This document shows, in pieces, positions 47,812 through 57,223 of a stretch of 64,000 nt of DNA. The stretch is taken from contig JBBSXO010000006.1 in assembly GCA_038045705.1 (NCBI GenBank), positions 32,001 to 96,000 on the forward strand, in the 5' to 3' direction. Source of the DNA: Nanobdellota archaeon. Lineage in GTDB: Archaea; Nanobdellota; Nanobdellia; Pacearchaeales; GW2011-AR1. The position numbers and the translations under genes were made by a program. How positions within the stretch are numbered: position 1 is the first letter of the stretch; every line of letters begins with the position of its first letter. Below the pieces are notes generated by a model. That model saw nothing but the letters and a program-made list of their open reading frames with translations, was not told where the DNA came from and ran no database searches.

Positions 47812-49482
47812 TCAAATAACCTCCATTATGTGTTCTGTAGAGATTTGACGTTCCTCTCCCAAGTAGTTGTAATCTAAAGTTATATTTATCCACTCATCAT
47901 TTCCAACAGTGAAATCCCCATAGAATATTTCCTCATATCTTATCCTTATTTTTTCCACATAAACGTTTAGGGTAGGTTCAGTAAGATTAAACTCAAATCC
48001 TTGTTCGATAGATAAATCTTTATTGAAGTAGAGACTTCCGTTTGAAATGTAGATGCTTAAATTTCCTAGCTCAATAACATCATTAAGGTAAATGCTATGG
48101 CTAACAACAATAGTTCTATTATGATCAACATGATTAACAGTGTAACTGGATATATCATGCTCTAAGGACACATTAATACCAACTGCAATTGTTCTATTTT
48201 CACTCCAAGTTCCTTGAGAACTATTGTCGTAAGCCAAGAAAGAGTATGTATAGTTTCCTTCCGAGATGTTAGCTAAAACAAATGTCGTAAAATTAGTTGC
48301 TCCAGTTAAAATTACAGTTTCTTCTAATTGCCAACTACCTCCAGTATTAGAATATAAAGAGATATTGGTCAAAACATAATCATCTGTAACATTCGGAGTC
48401 AAAAATAAATAACCATCCCCATCTAAATAGTTATCTTCTGGAGAGAGAGTAATATATCTTGGAGCAGTGTCTCCTTGTTCTGTAACCGTTAATAGGATCT
48501 CACTATCACCTACACCATTATCAGAGTCATATACATAGAATGTAATATATTCTGAACCGTACCAGTTAGTTTCCGAAGTTAAGGTTACTATTCCAGAGGT
48601 TTCATCTACTTCTGCAGATATGTGGTCTGAAGAACTAGCATTATAAGTTAGCTCATCGCTGTCAGAATCTGAAGAGTACTCACTAAGATTAACTACTTTC
48701 AATGAATCTTCGCCCCAAGTTTGTGAAGACAGTTCAGAAAATACAGGAAGAGGATTTTGAACTGCTATAGTTCTATTTACCGTAGACCATGCAGAGTTAG
48801 GAGAAGAAGCAAAATCATAGCAGATAATATTCCATTTAAATGTAAGATCATTAGGGACATTATTTAACTCAAAAGTCTGTGAAATATTTTTAATAACAAA
48901 ATAATTAGTCTGATTCGCAGCCCAAGTTCCACTCATATTGGTATAAAGACTACAATTTACTATCCACCCATCGTCATCAACACTATAATTTAATTGTAAT
49001 GTTCTATCAGTTGAATTAAATCCATTGGACGGACCTTCAATGTTCACCACAGGGGGAGTGGTGTCATTGAACACGTCAAAAACTCTTGCTTCAGACTGGC
49101 TAATATTTCCATCCGACCAAGAACAATTAACACTCCAACTATATTCATCATTTTGAAGATTATTTAGATAAAAATAATTTGTTGAGGAACTACTAATATT
49201 AATTTCAGTTTGATTTATTATACCATCAAAAATAAAGCTACAATTATCCATAGTATAAGAAGAATTAGTAATTATATAAGAAAATGCTACATTTCCATCA
49301 AATTCTACAGATCCATTTTCAGGAGTTTGAAGTTCAACAATATAACCATAACCACCACTAGTACCTTGAGCACTAACAAAAAAGAAAAACAAAAAGACTA
49401 ATACTAATAAAATAGAAAAAGTGGAAAAAATCATAAAATATTGATTAATTATATTGAACCTTTTAAGATTTCCTTTCACCAT
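47812..49482 (-). CDS. Acidic surface protein with Ig-like/cadherin-like repeats
   Basis: N-terminal anchor; DTTPPVV, DSDSDELTY and repeated NCSLY/W modules; many N-x-S/T sequons. Confidence 0.75.
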   Translation of the reverse strand: MVKGNLKRFNIINQYFMIFSTFSILLVLVFLFFFFVSAQGTSGGYGYIVELQTPENGSVEFDGNVAFSYIITNSSYTMDNCSFIFDGIINQTEINISSSSTNYFYLNNLQNDEYSWSVNCSWSDGNISQSEARVFDVFNDTTPPVVNIEGPSNGFNSTDRTLQLNYSVDDDGWIVNCSLYTNMSGTWAANQTNYFVIKNISQTFELNNVPNDLTFKWNIICYDFASSPNSAWSTVNRTIAVQNPLPVFSELSSQTWGEDSLKVVNLSEYSSDSDSDELTYNASSSDHISAEVDETSGIVTLTSETNWYGSEYITFYVYDSDNGVGDSEILLTVTEQGDTAPRYITLSPEDNYLDGDGYLFLTPNVTDDYVLTNISLYSNTGGSWQLEETVILTGATNFTTFVLANISEGNYTYSFLAYDNSSQGTWSENRTIAVGINVSLEHDISSYTVNHVDHNRTIVVSHSIYLNDVIELGNLSIYISNGSLYFNKDLSIEQGFEFNLTEPTLNVYVEKIRIRYEEIFYGDFTVGNDEWINITLDYNYLGEERQISTEHIMEVI

Positions 49483-49977
49483 TTATTTTATGATTGAGAA
49501 TTCTGCCGAAGAAATAGAATCTGCATCAGCAGTTATACCCTTCAACTCAACTGTAATATCCTCCTTACCATCTTTATCTAGATCTATCTCATAAGTATTT
49601 CCTTCATCTAAAATGAAAGAAAGAGCTATTTGCTCATCGTCAACATAATTGTTTAGACCATCTTCTAAGTCTAAAATTATGAAAGTTGGACCTTCTTTTC
49701 TCACTCCTTTATACTGAAGCCCATACCAATTACCATTAAATTCAAACTTTAACCTTCCAGGCTTCATATTGAAAGAATTGTCCTGTCCCAAAATAATCTC
49801 TGAAACTGGAACGGCTGCACCACCAAACCCGGAATTAGATAATTCAGGCATAACAGCAACAATATCTAGTTCTTCACCTGAAGAGTTTACTGAATTCAGA
49901 AAGATAAATATAACCAAGAAAAAGAGAAGACTGAAAAAAAGTACAAATGACTTAATTTTCATAAAACTCACTAGCAA
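49483..49977 (-). CDS. Membrane-anchored hypothetical protein
   Basis: N-terminal helix and a DLDKDGKED Ca-binding-like motif. Confidence 0.65.
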   Translation of the reverse strand: MLVSFMKIKSFVLFFSLLFFLVIFIFLNSVNSSGEELDIVAVMPELSNSGFGGAAVPVSEIILGQDNSFNMKPGRLKFEFNGNWYGLQYKGVRKEGPTFIILDLEDGLNNYVDDEQIALSFILDEGNTYEIDLDKDGKEDITVELKGITADADSISSAEFSIIK

Positions 49978-50066
49978 AACCGCTTTATATATTTACCTAG
50001 AAATTTTTCTCTTTAGAATTAGAGCATTCTATGAATATATAAAAGATGCCGAATTATTCTAATTAG

Positions 50067-50990
50067 ATGAACTTAAGTAAATATCTCTTAATGCTATTTT
50101 TAGTAAGCATTATTTCAATTCTAGTTCTTACATTAAAGCAATCACCCATCATTCAAGAGTATGCAGATTCACCATTTTGTGGAAATAATATATGCGAAAG
50201 AAATGAAGAAATATACTGCCTTGATTGTAACTTAAGTTGTAAATCTGAATTATGTAACTCAAAAATTAACGTCTTATGTGATAATTGCAGTGTTGAAAGC
50301 GAGTTAATTCAGGAATTGTTTGATCATCAAATTATAATATATAATTGCCTTTCAAATTATTATGGTTATAACCCTTCTAGATTGGTTTACCACACTGTAA
50401 AGAATGCTGATGAAACAGGAGAAGTATGTAATGGGGATGATGGGTGTTATGTTGGAGGAGGAAATTTTGGAGAGAAAGAAGGAATAATCCAAGAACAGAT
50501 ACCTGGATTGGTGAATTTTGGGAACTTCAGGGTAAAAAATAAAGAAGATGTAGGTTTTGAAGTTCATGAATTATCTCACGCATTTACTTATTATGGACTT
50601 GGAAGAATACCTTCATGGTTAAACGAAGGAATTGCCATTTACTCAGAAAGCAAATTAAGTTGCGATAGTGAGATTAGAGAAGATGAAATTATAGAAATCT
50701 ACGAGTTATATAATAATCAAACTATTACAATACCAGCTAATGAATATGAAAGAACAAAAAATAGCCCTCATGTAGTTGGATCAAGATATTTAGGTTATCT
50801 TGAGGATGTATATGGATGTGATAAAGAGTGTGTTTCTAAAATAATTCACTCATTATATTCATATAGACAAAACCATACTAAGTATGACTTAAGAAAGCAA
50901 GTAATAACTAATAAAATAATAAAGGAAAAGTCAGAAGAAGTAATTGGTAGAGATTTAACTAAAATATTTGACATATTGGAAATAAATTGA
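50067..50990 (+). CDS. Secreted gluzincin-like zinc metallopeptidase
   Basis: HELSH followed by WLNEGIA; Cys-rich N-terminal CGNNICE module. Confidence 0.75.
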   Translation: MNLSKYLLMLFLVSIISILVLTLKQSPIIQEYADSPFCGNNICERNEEIYCLDCNLSCKSELCNSKINVLCDNCSVESELIQELFDHQIIIYNCLSNYYGYNPSRLVYHTVKNADETGEVCNGDDGCYVGGGNFGEKEGIIQEQIPGLVNFGNFRVKNKEDVGFEVHELSHAFTYYGLGRIPSWLNEGIAIYSESKLSCDSEIREDEIIEIYELYNNQTITIPANEYERTKNSPHVVGSRYLGYLEDVYGCDKECVSKIIHSLYSYRQNHTKYDLRKQVITNKIIKEKSEEVIGRDLTKIFDILEIN

Positions 50991-51040
50991 TGATTTTGTT
51001 TTTTAGCAAGGTTTATAACTCAAAATAAGCGACCCTTATT

Positions 51041-51487
51041 ATGAAAATTAAAGTATTATTCTATATCTCTTTATTAGTGATAGCTTCTTTATTTTTGATC
51101 CAGAATAGCTCAGCTAGCCCAGTGCCTAACGCTATTATGCCAGATTTAGTATTTACAAATATAACTTATAAGATCTCTTTTATTAATACAACTAATTCTG
51201 TAACCTATTGGGATGTAAGAGTTATAGGGACATTAACAAATAACGGGTCAATCTTCGCTACTTCTTCTACTAGCTCGAGTGGATTATCAAGAGTTGGAAG
51301 CACTTCTGGCTACGGGCAAGCTATTCCAACGCCTTCAATAATGCCTAGGGTAAGCACAAAAGTTAGATGGAATTTTGTAGGATATACTGGGCAATATTCT
51401 ATGTGGTTTCATGCAGATGTTTTTAACAATGTAACTGAATTTGATGAAACTAATAATTTTATTGGCACAATTATAACTCTCCCTTAA
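51041..51487 (+). CDS. CARDB-like secreted protein
   Basis: PDLVF start and DVFNNVTEFDETNN end. Confidence 0.75.
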   Translation: MKIKVLFYISLLVIASLFLIQNSSASPVPNAIMPDLVFTNITYKISFINTTNSVTYWDVRVIGTLTNNGSIFATSSTSSSGLSRVGSTSGYGQAIPTPSIMPRVSTKVRWNFVGYTGQYSMWFHADVFNNVTEFDETNNFIGTIITLP

Positions 51488-52010
51488 TAAATTTTGATGA
51501 ATTCATCATATTTTGTGCAGCTTTCAAGAAAGTTAAATCTCTATCTCTAATAAATTTACCTTCAACTTTAGTAGGCTTATCATTTTCAAAAGTTTCAATA
51601 GCTTCATCTAAAGTCATCCAAACTAACTCAAACTCTTCAATCATTTCTTTCTCAGTAAATTGAGGTTTTCCTTTAGATAAAATCTTTCCAATATAACAAT
51701 AAGATATCTGTTTCATATCAAAACCCCATTTGAAATTTTTATCAGAACGATATTCTACAATCTTACCAACTTCAGATTTTATCTCCATTTTAGCTCCGAC
51801 TTCCTCAAGAGCCTCTCTTAGCAAAGCATTCTCTTTTGTTTCCCCTTCATCTATGCCTCCGCCTGGAAGCTTATGAAAATTTCCGCTTGCAACAAACAAT
51901 ATTGGAACTAAACCATTTTCATCAAAAAGAACAGCTCTTGAAGCCTCACGAAGTTTAATATTAGAATTCTCTTTAAAATCAGGATCTTTAAACTCTTTAA
52001 GAAGTCTCAT
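51471..52010 (-). CDS. NUDIX hydrolase
   Basis: Nudix box GGIDEGETKENALLREALEEVG. Confidence 0.9.
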   Translation of the reverse strand: MRLLKEFKDPDFKENSNIKLREASRAVLFDENGLVPILFVASGNFHKLPGGGIDEGETKENALLREALEEVGAKMEIKSEVGKIVEYRSDKNFKWGFDMKQISYCYIGKILSKGKPQFTEKEMIEEFELVWMTLDEAIETFENDKPTKVEGKFIRDRDLTFLKAAQNMMNSSKFIKGEL

Positions 52011-52810
52011 TTCAAATTTCCATATTTAGATAACAAATTACCTAGCTGTTCTTTTCTTTGACTAAGCCCAGCATATTTTTTCTCCTTAAAATAATGGCAA
52101 TAATAAATATCCTGTAATAACCAGTTTAAGAAGATAAAATCTTGGTATTTTTCATCCCAAAATTGAGTTGAAGATATAGAAGAGTATCCTTTCCTAAACT
52201 GTTTTTGTTCTTTAGGTTTCTTAAACCACTTAAAGAATGCCTTACCAATAGCAAAAAGCTTTGGTCTTTCAGCAATACTATCTATATCTACAAGATAAAC
52301 ATTACCATTTCTTAATCTAAGATTGCTACCATGAAGATCGTTTGCATCTAAAGTAAAAATGGGTTTTGTCTTCTTCAATAAAAACTGATATATTTTTTCT
52401 ACTCTTTCAATTTCTTCTTTAGGCAAGAGTTTAGCCTTTCTTACTTCATTCAAATTCTTCTCAAATCTTCGCGTAACGCTGCCATTAACTTTTATTTTAT
52501 TGATATAAGCACAAATTTTACCAACCCGATAAATTACTGATTTTGACTCTTTCTTAATAAGGTCTCTTCCTTCAATATATTCATAAAGAACATCTTTTCC
52601 AACTCTTCCTAAAAATTTAGGTAAAAAGCCGTACTTTTCAAGTTTATGAGATATTTCTTCGAAATATTTAGCTCTTTTAAGAGTCTTATATTTTCTTAAA
52701 ACATATTTTCTTCCTTCGTAAGTAAGTAAATGAACTTCACCGCTCCAACCCTCTCCACCATCATCAGAAGTTAAAACAGATATTTTACCATTTTTTAATA
52801 TATTTTTCAC
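52007..52810 (-). CDS. APH/choline-kinase-like phosphotransferase
   Basis: GEGWSG loop, YVLRK, DLHGSN and LVDID motifs. Confidence 0.75.
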   Translation of the reverse strand: MKNILKNGKISVLTSDDGGEGWSGEVHLLTYEGRKYVLRKYKTLKRAKYFEEISHKLEKYGFLPKFLGRVGKDVLYEYIEGRDLIKKESKSVIYRVGKICAYINKIKVNGSVTRRFEKNLNEVRKAKLLPKEEIERVEKIYQFLLKKTKPIFTLDANDLHGSNLRLRNGNVYLVDIDSIAERPKLFAIGKAFFKWFKKPKEQKQFRKGYSSISSTQFWDEKYQDFIFLNWLLQDIYYCHYFKEKKYAGLSQRKEQLGNLLSKYGNLK

Positions 52811-53403
52811 TTTAAATCTCCTAAGTGTTCATTATAATGTAATTTACTAATAAATAACTTTTTGTTCTTATCTAACTCTACAACAGTCACAGAAGCGTTA
52901 GGGCTACCTTTCTCAATAATCTCAGAATTATCTTTATTTTTAACCAACAGCATTTTTAACAAAGAAACTTTTGTTCCACCATGAGTCATAATTAAAACTG
53001 TTTTGTCTTTCCATTTTTTACTATTCTCTGTTAAAAATGTCTCTGCCCTTTTATCAACATCTTCAGGAGTTTCTCCGCCAGGAGGAGCTTTGTTAGGATT
53101 ATTCTTCCCCCATTCCTTTAACTCACCAGTAGGTTTACCTTCAAAAATACCCTTACCTCTTTCTCTCAAAAGATGAGAGTAATTAGCTTCCATTTTAATT
53201 ATCTTTAATAATGGAGCAATAGATTCTCTACATCTTCCCAAATCTGAACAATAAACTAAATCTATTTTTTCATTTTTCAAATAATTAGCTAATTTTTCGA
53301 CTTGCTTTAATCCAATCTCACTAAGTTTACCTTGATTTTGACCTTGAGTTATTCCTTCTTTATTTTCAACGGTTTCACCATGTCTTACAATAATTAATCT
53401 CAT
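52807..53403 (-). CDS. Histidine phosphatase family protein
   Basis: RHGET, SDLGR, LRE and THGG motifs. Confidence 0.92.
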   Translation of the reverse strand: MRLIIVRHGETVENKEGITQGQNQGKLSEIGLKQVEKLANYLKNEKIDLVYCSDLGRCRESIAPLLKIIKMEANYSHLLRERGKGIFEGKPTGELKEWGKNNPNKAPPGGETPEDVDKRAETFLTENSKKWKDKTVLIMTHGGTKVSLLKMLLVKNKDNSEIIEKGSPNASVTVVELDKNKKLFISKLHYNEHLGDLK

Positions 53404-54329
53404 TTTTCAGCCTCTAACCTTCTCTCTTTTTCCACGTTTAACATGGCTATATGGTTACCTATTGGAGTTAATGTTCTAAGCATCATAAGAAAATAATGGA
53501 TTATTATAGGATCTTCTTTTTTAATAAGCTCAAGGTTACTTTCAAAGTTTCCTTTTCTTGACTCAAAAAATTTCTGTACATTGTCCTTTTGATCATTAAC
53601 TACCGCATTGTAAAGTTCTTGATAATGATCTCTTACTTCCTTAAGGAGTCTTAATTCAGACTCACTTAATTTTGGCTTCTTTTGAGCATTTAGATGATCA
53701 TAAGAATAATTGATAAGAAGAGAGATTTCAATAATTGCATTAAAAAAGTCGTAAGCATACTTTGAGTTTACTGAATCAAATATTTCTCTTTTGTTTATCA
53801 ATCTCTTTGATAAATTACACAGCCTGCATAAAGTAGTGTGGAGTTCTTTTATCTCATAACTCATTTCAAAATTGCCTTTTTCACCTTCTTCTAACAAATA
53901 GTCTAACTTTGAAAGCAAAATCCACATTATCTTTCTTACAATTTGGCCATACTCTGAATCATCTGTATGTACCATACACTTAAGTCTACATACATTATTA
54001 TCACTCTTTACTAATTCAAGACCAGTTAATAATCTAAGATCTTCTCTGATTTGAGGCAATTGTTTAGGTGAAGTATATTTTATATTGATTTCATCAAATC
54101 CAGAAGTGTATAGGTGGCGGATAATTCTTCCAATATACCATTCACCTCCGTTTTCTAAAGGAATTGTTACTGGCTCAAAAGATTTGTCTTGTATTGATAT
54201 AACAAGCTTTCCACGTGAAGGTTCTACATTAACTAATTGTCCTTGTTTGAGATTATTATTTTTTACCCAGTTAGATGGAAGCGAGACAGTGAGAGTACCT
54301 TCTCCGTGCTTTACAACTTTTCTCTTCAT
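53400..54329 (-). CDS. AbrB-N/PhoU-like archaeal regulator
   Basis: RKVVKHGEGTLTVSLPSNWV AbrB-like N-terminus; LYTSGFDEI; helical C-terminus. Confidence 0.8.
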   Translation of the reverse strand: MKRKVVKHGEGTLTVSLPSNWVKNNNLKQGQLVNVEPSRGKLVISIQDKSFEPVTIPLENGGEWYIGRIIRHLYTSGFDEINIKYTSPKQLPQIREDLRLLTGLELVKSDNNVCRLKCMVHTDDSEYGQIVRKIMWILLSKLDYLLEEGEKGNFEMSYEIKELHTTLCRLCNLSKRLINKREIFDSVNSKYAYDFFNAIIEISLLINYSYDHLNAQKKPKLSESELRLLKEVRDHYQELYNAVVNDQKDNVQKFFESRKGNFESNLELIKKEDPIIIHYFLMMLRTLTPIGNHIAMLNVEKERRLEAEK

Positions 54330-54350
54330 AGTTCGAGAAATATAAGTTCT

Positions 54351-54419
54351 TTATTTAAATTTATGGTTATGTACACATATTTATACAATGTGTGTTTATA
54401 CACACAATAAGTATATAAT
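54351..54419. promoter_or_regulatory. Divergent promoters with operator-like palindrome
   Basis: TGTGTGT-TTAT-ACACACA at 54389-54406, between a minus-strand TTTAAATA and a plus-strand TATATAAT (54412-54419). Confidence 0.6.
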
Positions 54420-54440
54420 AAAACCTCAGATATATGAGTT

Positions 54441-55424
54441 ATGACTCAAACAATAGAGAATGTATTGGGAAGATTCCCTTTACGCGTTTCTATTACAGAT
54501 AATTGTAATCTATCTTGTGTTTTCTGTTCAAATGAAGGTTTAGGAGCAGAACGTAACCAAGTTTCAATGCAACCAGAAGATTTTCGATATTTAGCAACCA
54601 CATTAAGAGCTCATGGACTAAATCATATTTCTCTTTCGGGCGGAGACCCAACTGCTCATCCTGCTGCACGAGAAATGGTTGAAATTGCTAATGAATCAGA
54701 AATTCCTCAAAGATTCTACCATACCAATGGAATACTTCTTGGAAGAGATGGACTAGCAGATGCTCTTGAACAATTTAGTAAAATTGGAGTTTCACTACAT
54801 ACAACTGATTCCGCAAGATATAGCCAAATAACTGGGGGGAGACCAGCACATTATGATAAAGTAATGGCTGGATTAAAATCTCTAGGGGAAAAAGGATTGG
54901 GACAAAAAGTAGAGGTAAAACACGTTACTGTAAAAGGAATGAATGATGACTCTGAATCTTTGAGTGGTACTCTAGATTTATGCGCACAGTACGGTTTCAA
55001 ATTTAAATTTCTAAATTTTGAAGCAATTCATGCTGGACAGGTTGGTTTAGTGCAGAATGCAGAAGTAATTAGACAAAGAGTTAGAGATTTAGGAGCGGTT
55101 CATCTTCCTGACCAAGGAGGAGTTTTCAGAGGACAGGATTCTTACTTACCAATTCAATGGTTTAGTTACAAAGGAACTAAAGGCGTTGTTATAGATGTTG
55201 GTTGCGGAAGACCTGAGGTTTGCAGAAGCTGTCATGATTCTAATGAAATATATGTAACTCCCAAGCTCAGCATAAAGCCTTGCAAAATGAGCAGTCATGA
55301 AATTTCTCTTAAAGAAGCAATTGATCGTAGAGATGAAGGAGCACTTATAAGTTCAATAATGGAATCAAGAGCATTCTTACGCACACAACCAGGATTAGGT
55401 AAAACCTATTGGGAGCAAAGATGA
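54441..55424 (+). CDS. MoaA-like radical SAM enzyme (divergent)
   Basis: LRVSITDNCNLSCVFC, SGGDP, TNG and C-terminal CRSC...KPC cluster ligands; no terminal GG. Confidence 0.85.
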   Translation: MTQTIENVLGRFPLRVSITDNCNLSCVFCSNEGLGAERNQVSMQPEDFRYLATTLRAHGLNHISLSGGDPTAHPAAREMVEIANESEIPQRFYHTNGILLGRDGLADALEQFSKIGVSLHTTDSARYSQITGGRPAHYDKVMAGLKSLGEKGLGQKVEVKHVTVKGMNDDSESLSGTLDLCAQYGFKFKFLNFEAIHAGQVGLVQNAEVIRQRVRDLGAVHLPDQGGVFRGQDSYLPIQWFSYKGTKGVVIDVGCGRPEVCRSCHDSNEIYVTPKLSIKPCKMSSHEISLKEAIDRRDEGALISSIMESRAFLRTQPGLGKTYWEQR

Positions 55425-56098
55425 ATAAAAAATTAGTAATGTTATATACAAAGTTCCCTGAAATTGGAAAATCAAAAACAAGAATAGCAAGAGAAAGCTC
55501 AGAATTATTCGCGTATATTGTAAGTCTTTGCACACTTAAGGATACTATAAACAAAGTGAGCAATTCAAAAAGTTATGATTTTATTGCAGTAGTTAATAGT
55601 AAAGAAGAGTCTCAATTGTTCAGAGAGAAACTTGGAATTAATGTTTATGTTTTAAATGAATCTTTATTACAAAGCGACCAAAGTCAAAGATTTTCATTTC
55701 TATTTTCCAATTTTAAGAAAAGCTATGAAAAAATAATTTTAATCCCAAGTGATGTTCCCTCAATCGCCGAATCTAGCCTAATTAACGCATTTAATATTTT
55801 GGAAAATAATGATTATGTATTTGGCCCAGAATACAATGGAGGAGTATACCTTATCGGAATGAATAAAAATCCAGACAATATTTTTGATAGAGTTAGATGG
55901 AGTACTGAAAATTCTTTTAAAGATTTAGTAAATAATAGTAAAAACAAAAGTTATCTGTTAAAATTAAAGGGTGATCTCAATAAATTACAAGACTTAAATT
56001 TATTTAAAGAAGACATAGAAAAAAGATCCCCATTACTCTATGAGTTTCTTGCTAATAATTTCTACAAAGGGGTCAAAATTAATTATGCTTACAATTGA
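55421..56098 (+). CDS. DUF2064/CofC-like GT-A fold transferase
   Basis: KFPEIGKSKTRI, SDVP, GPEYNGGVYLIG, W-ST and DL..L.DL motifs; ATGA overlap with the radical SAM gene. Confidence 0.8.
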   Translation: MNKKLVMLYTKFPEIGKSKTRIARESSELFAYIVSLCTLKDTINKVSNSKSYDFIAVVNSKEESQLFREKLGINVYVLNESLLQSDQSQRFSFLFSNFKKSYEKIILIPSDVPSIAESSLINAFNILENNDYVFGPEYNGGVYLIGMNKNPDNIFDRVRWSTENSFKDLVNNSKNKSYLLKLKGDLNKLQDLNLFKEDIEKRSPLLYEFLANNFYKGVKINYAYN

Positions 56099-56714
56099 AC
56101 TATTTGGTATTTCAAGAACAGGTAAAACTTCTACTTTGAGAAACCTTGCTTCACATTTCGAAGCAAATGGAGAAAGATGCGAAATTATTGGAAGAGCCCC
56201 AATAGATTTCAAAAGTTGTAGAGATCTTGAAGACTTTCATCAAAAAATGCTATTATACTTAGAACAAAGAATTCCAGAGGCTCAAGAAAGAAAACCACAT
56301 TATCTGTTGATGGACAGAGGACCTTATGATAGGCAAGTTATGCTAGAAGCAGACCATCAAGACGGAAAAGTAGGAGATCAAGTTTATAGAGATGCAACCC
56401 AAAGACTGCTTAGTTTAGAACCAAAAATTGATATTCCTTTAATTTTTCTTGTAGATCCTACAACTTCTCTAGCTAGAATTGGTTCACAAAGAGACGAAGG
56501 CCTAGACTATTCTCATATGTGTGTTGGGCTTAACACGAGAGACAATGTTGCTGAATTAGGTAGATTATTTGATCAGTATTCTGCTTTACAAAGGGCAAAG
56601 AAAGGCATTATAAGCGTTTATACTGGCGGAAGTGCAACAGATACATTACAATCAGCCTTAAGGGTAATAGCATCGACAAAAGTTAAAAACAATGGAGAAC
56701 ATACACAATCATGA
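56085..56714 (+). CDS. P-loop nucleoside monophosphate kinase-like protein
   Basis: IELFGISRTGKTS Walker A and LLMDRG; start at ATG 56085. Confidence 0.75.
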   Translation: MLTIELFGISRTGKTSTLRNLASHFEANGERCEIIGRAPIDFKSCRDLEDFHQKMLLYLEQRIPEAQERKPHYLLMDRGPYDRQVMLEADHQDGKVGDQVYRDATQRLLSLEPKIDIPLIFLVDPTTSLARIGSQRDEGLDYSHMCVGLNTRDNVAELGRLFDQYSALQRAKKGIISVYTGGSATDTLQSALRVIASTKVKNNGEHTQS

Positions 56715-57223
56715 AAGAAATAGAGATTAAACTAAAATACAGCGATGAAAATGCGCTAAGAAAGAAAATAAAAAGTATTGGAAAACACACAGAGACCTAT
56801 GAGATTGTTGATTGTTATTATGGAAGAGATGGCGAAAACATGAAGACTGCTGAAAAATTGCTAAGGATAAGAACAAAGAAAGGAGTATCTGAGCTTACAT
56901 TTAAAGGTAAAAAAGAGACAGAAGGAAATGTCTGGGAAAGAGTTGAGATAAATGTTCCAATTGGGGATTCTGAGAAGATGGAACTTGTTCTAAAAAACCT
57001 TGGACTAAAAAGAATTCTAAAAAATCGAACAATTAGAGAATACTGGAACATTAATGGAACAGAATTAGGAATTATGAAAATTAAAGAACCAGCAGAAGTT
57101 GATTTTGTAGAGATCGAAGGTAAAACTAAAGAAGATGTTGAAAGAGTTACTGGCTTGTTTAAAGGAATTTTAGAGCCTATTGGTAAAGACCATTTCAAAA
57201 AATTAGATGAGGCTAACAAATAA
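56711..57223 (+). CDS. CYTH domain protein (class IV adenylate cyclase/triphosphatase)
   Basis: EIEIK, LRIR, LTFKG, R.E and FVEIE motifs. Confidence 0.9.
   Translation: MKEIEIKLKYSDENALRKKIKSIGKHTETYEIVDCYYGRDGENMKTAEKLLRIRTKKGVSELTFKGKKETEGNVWERVEINVPIGDSEKMELVLKNLGLKRILKNRTIREYWNINGTELGIMKIKEPAEVDFVEIEGKTKEDVERVTGLFKGILEPIGKDHFKKLDEANK

Noticed and set aside
40697-49977. Provirus or diversity-generating retroelement interpretation of the fibre-like genes
   Set aside because: No capsid, terminase, portal or reverse transcriptase recognised and no TR/VR pair noticed; the proteins carry signal peptides
54441-55424. Annotation as moaA or as viperin
   Set aside because: Key MoaA residues and Moco partner genes are missing; the N-terminal motif and auxiliary cluster ligands are MoaA-like rather than viperin-like
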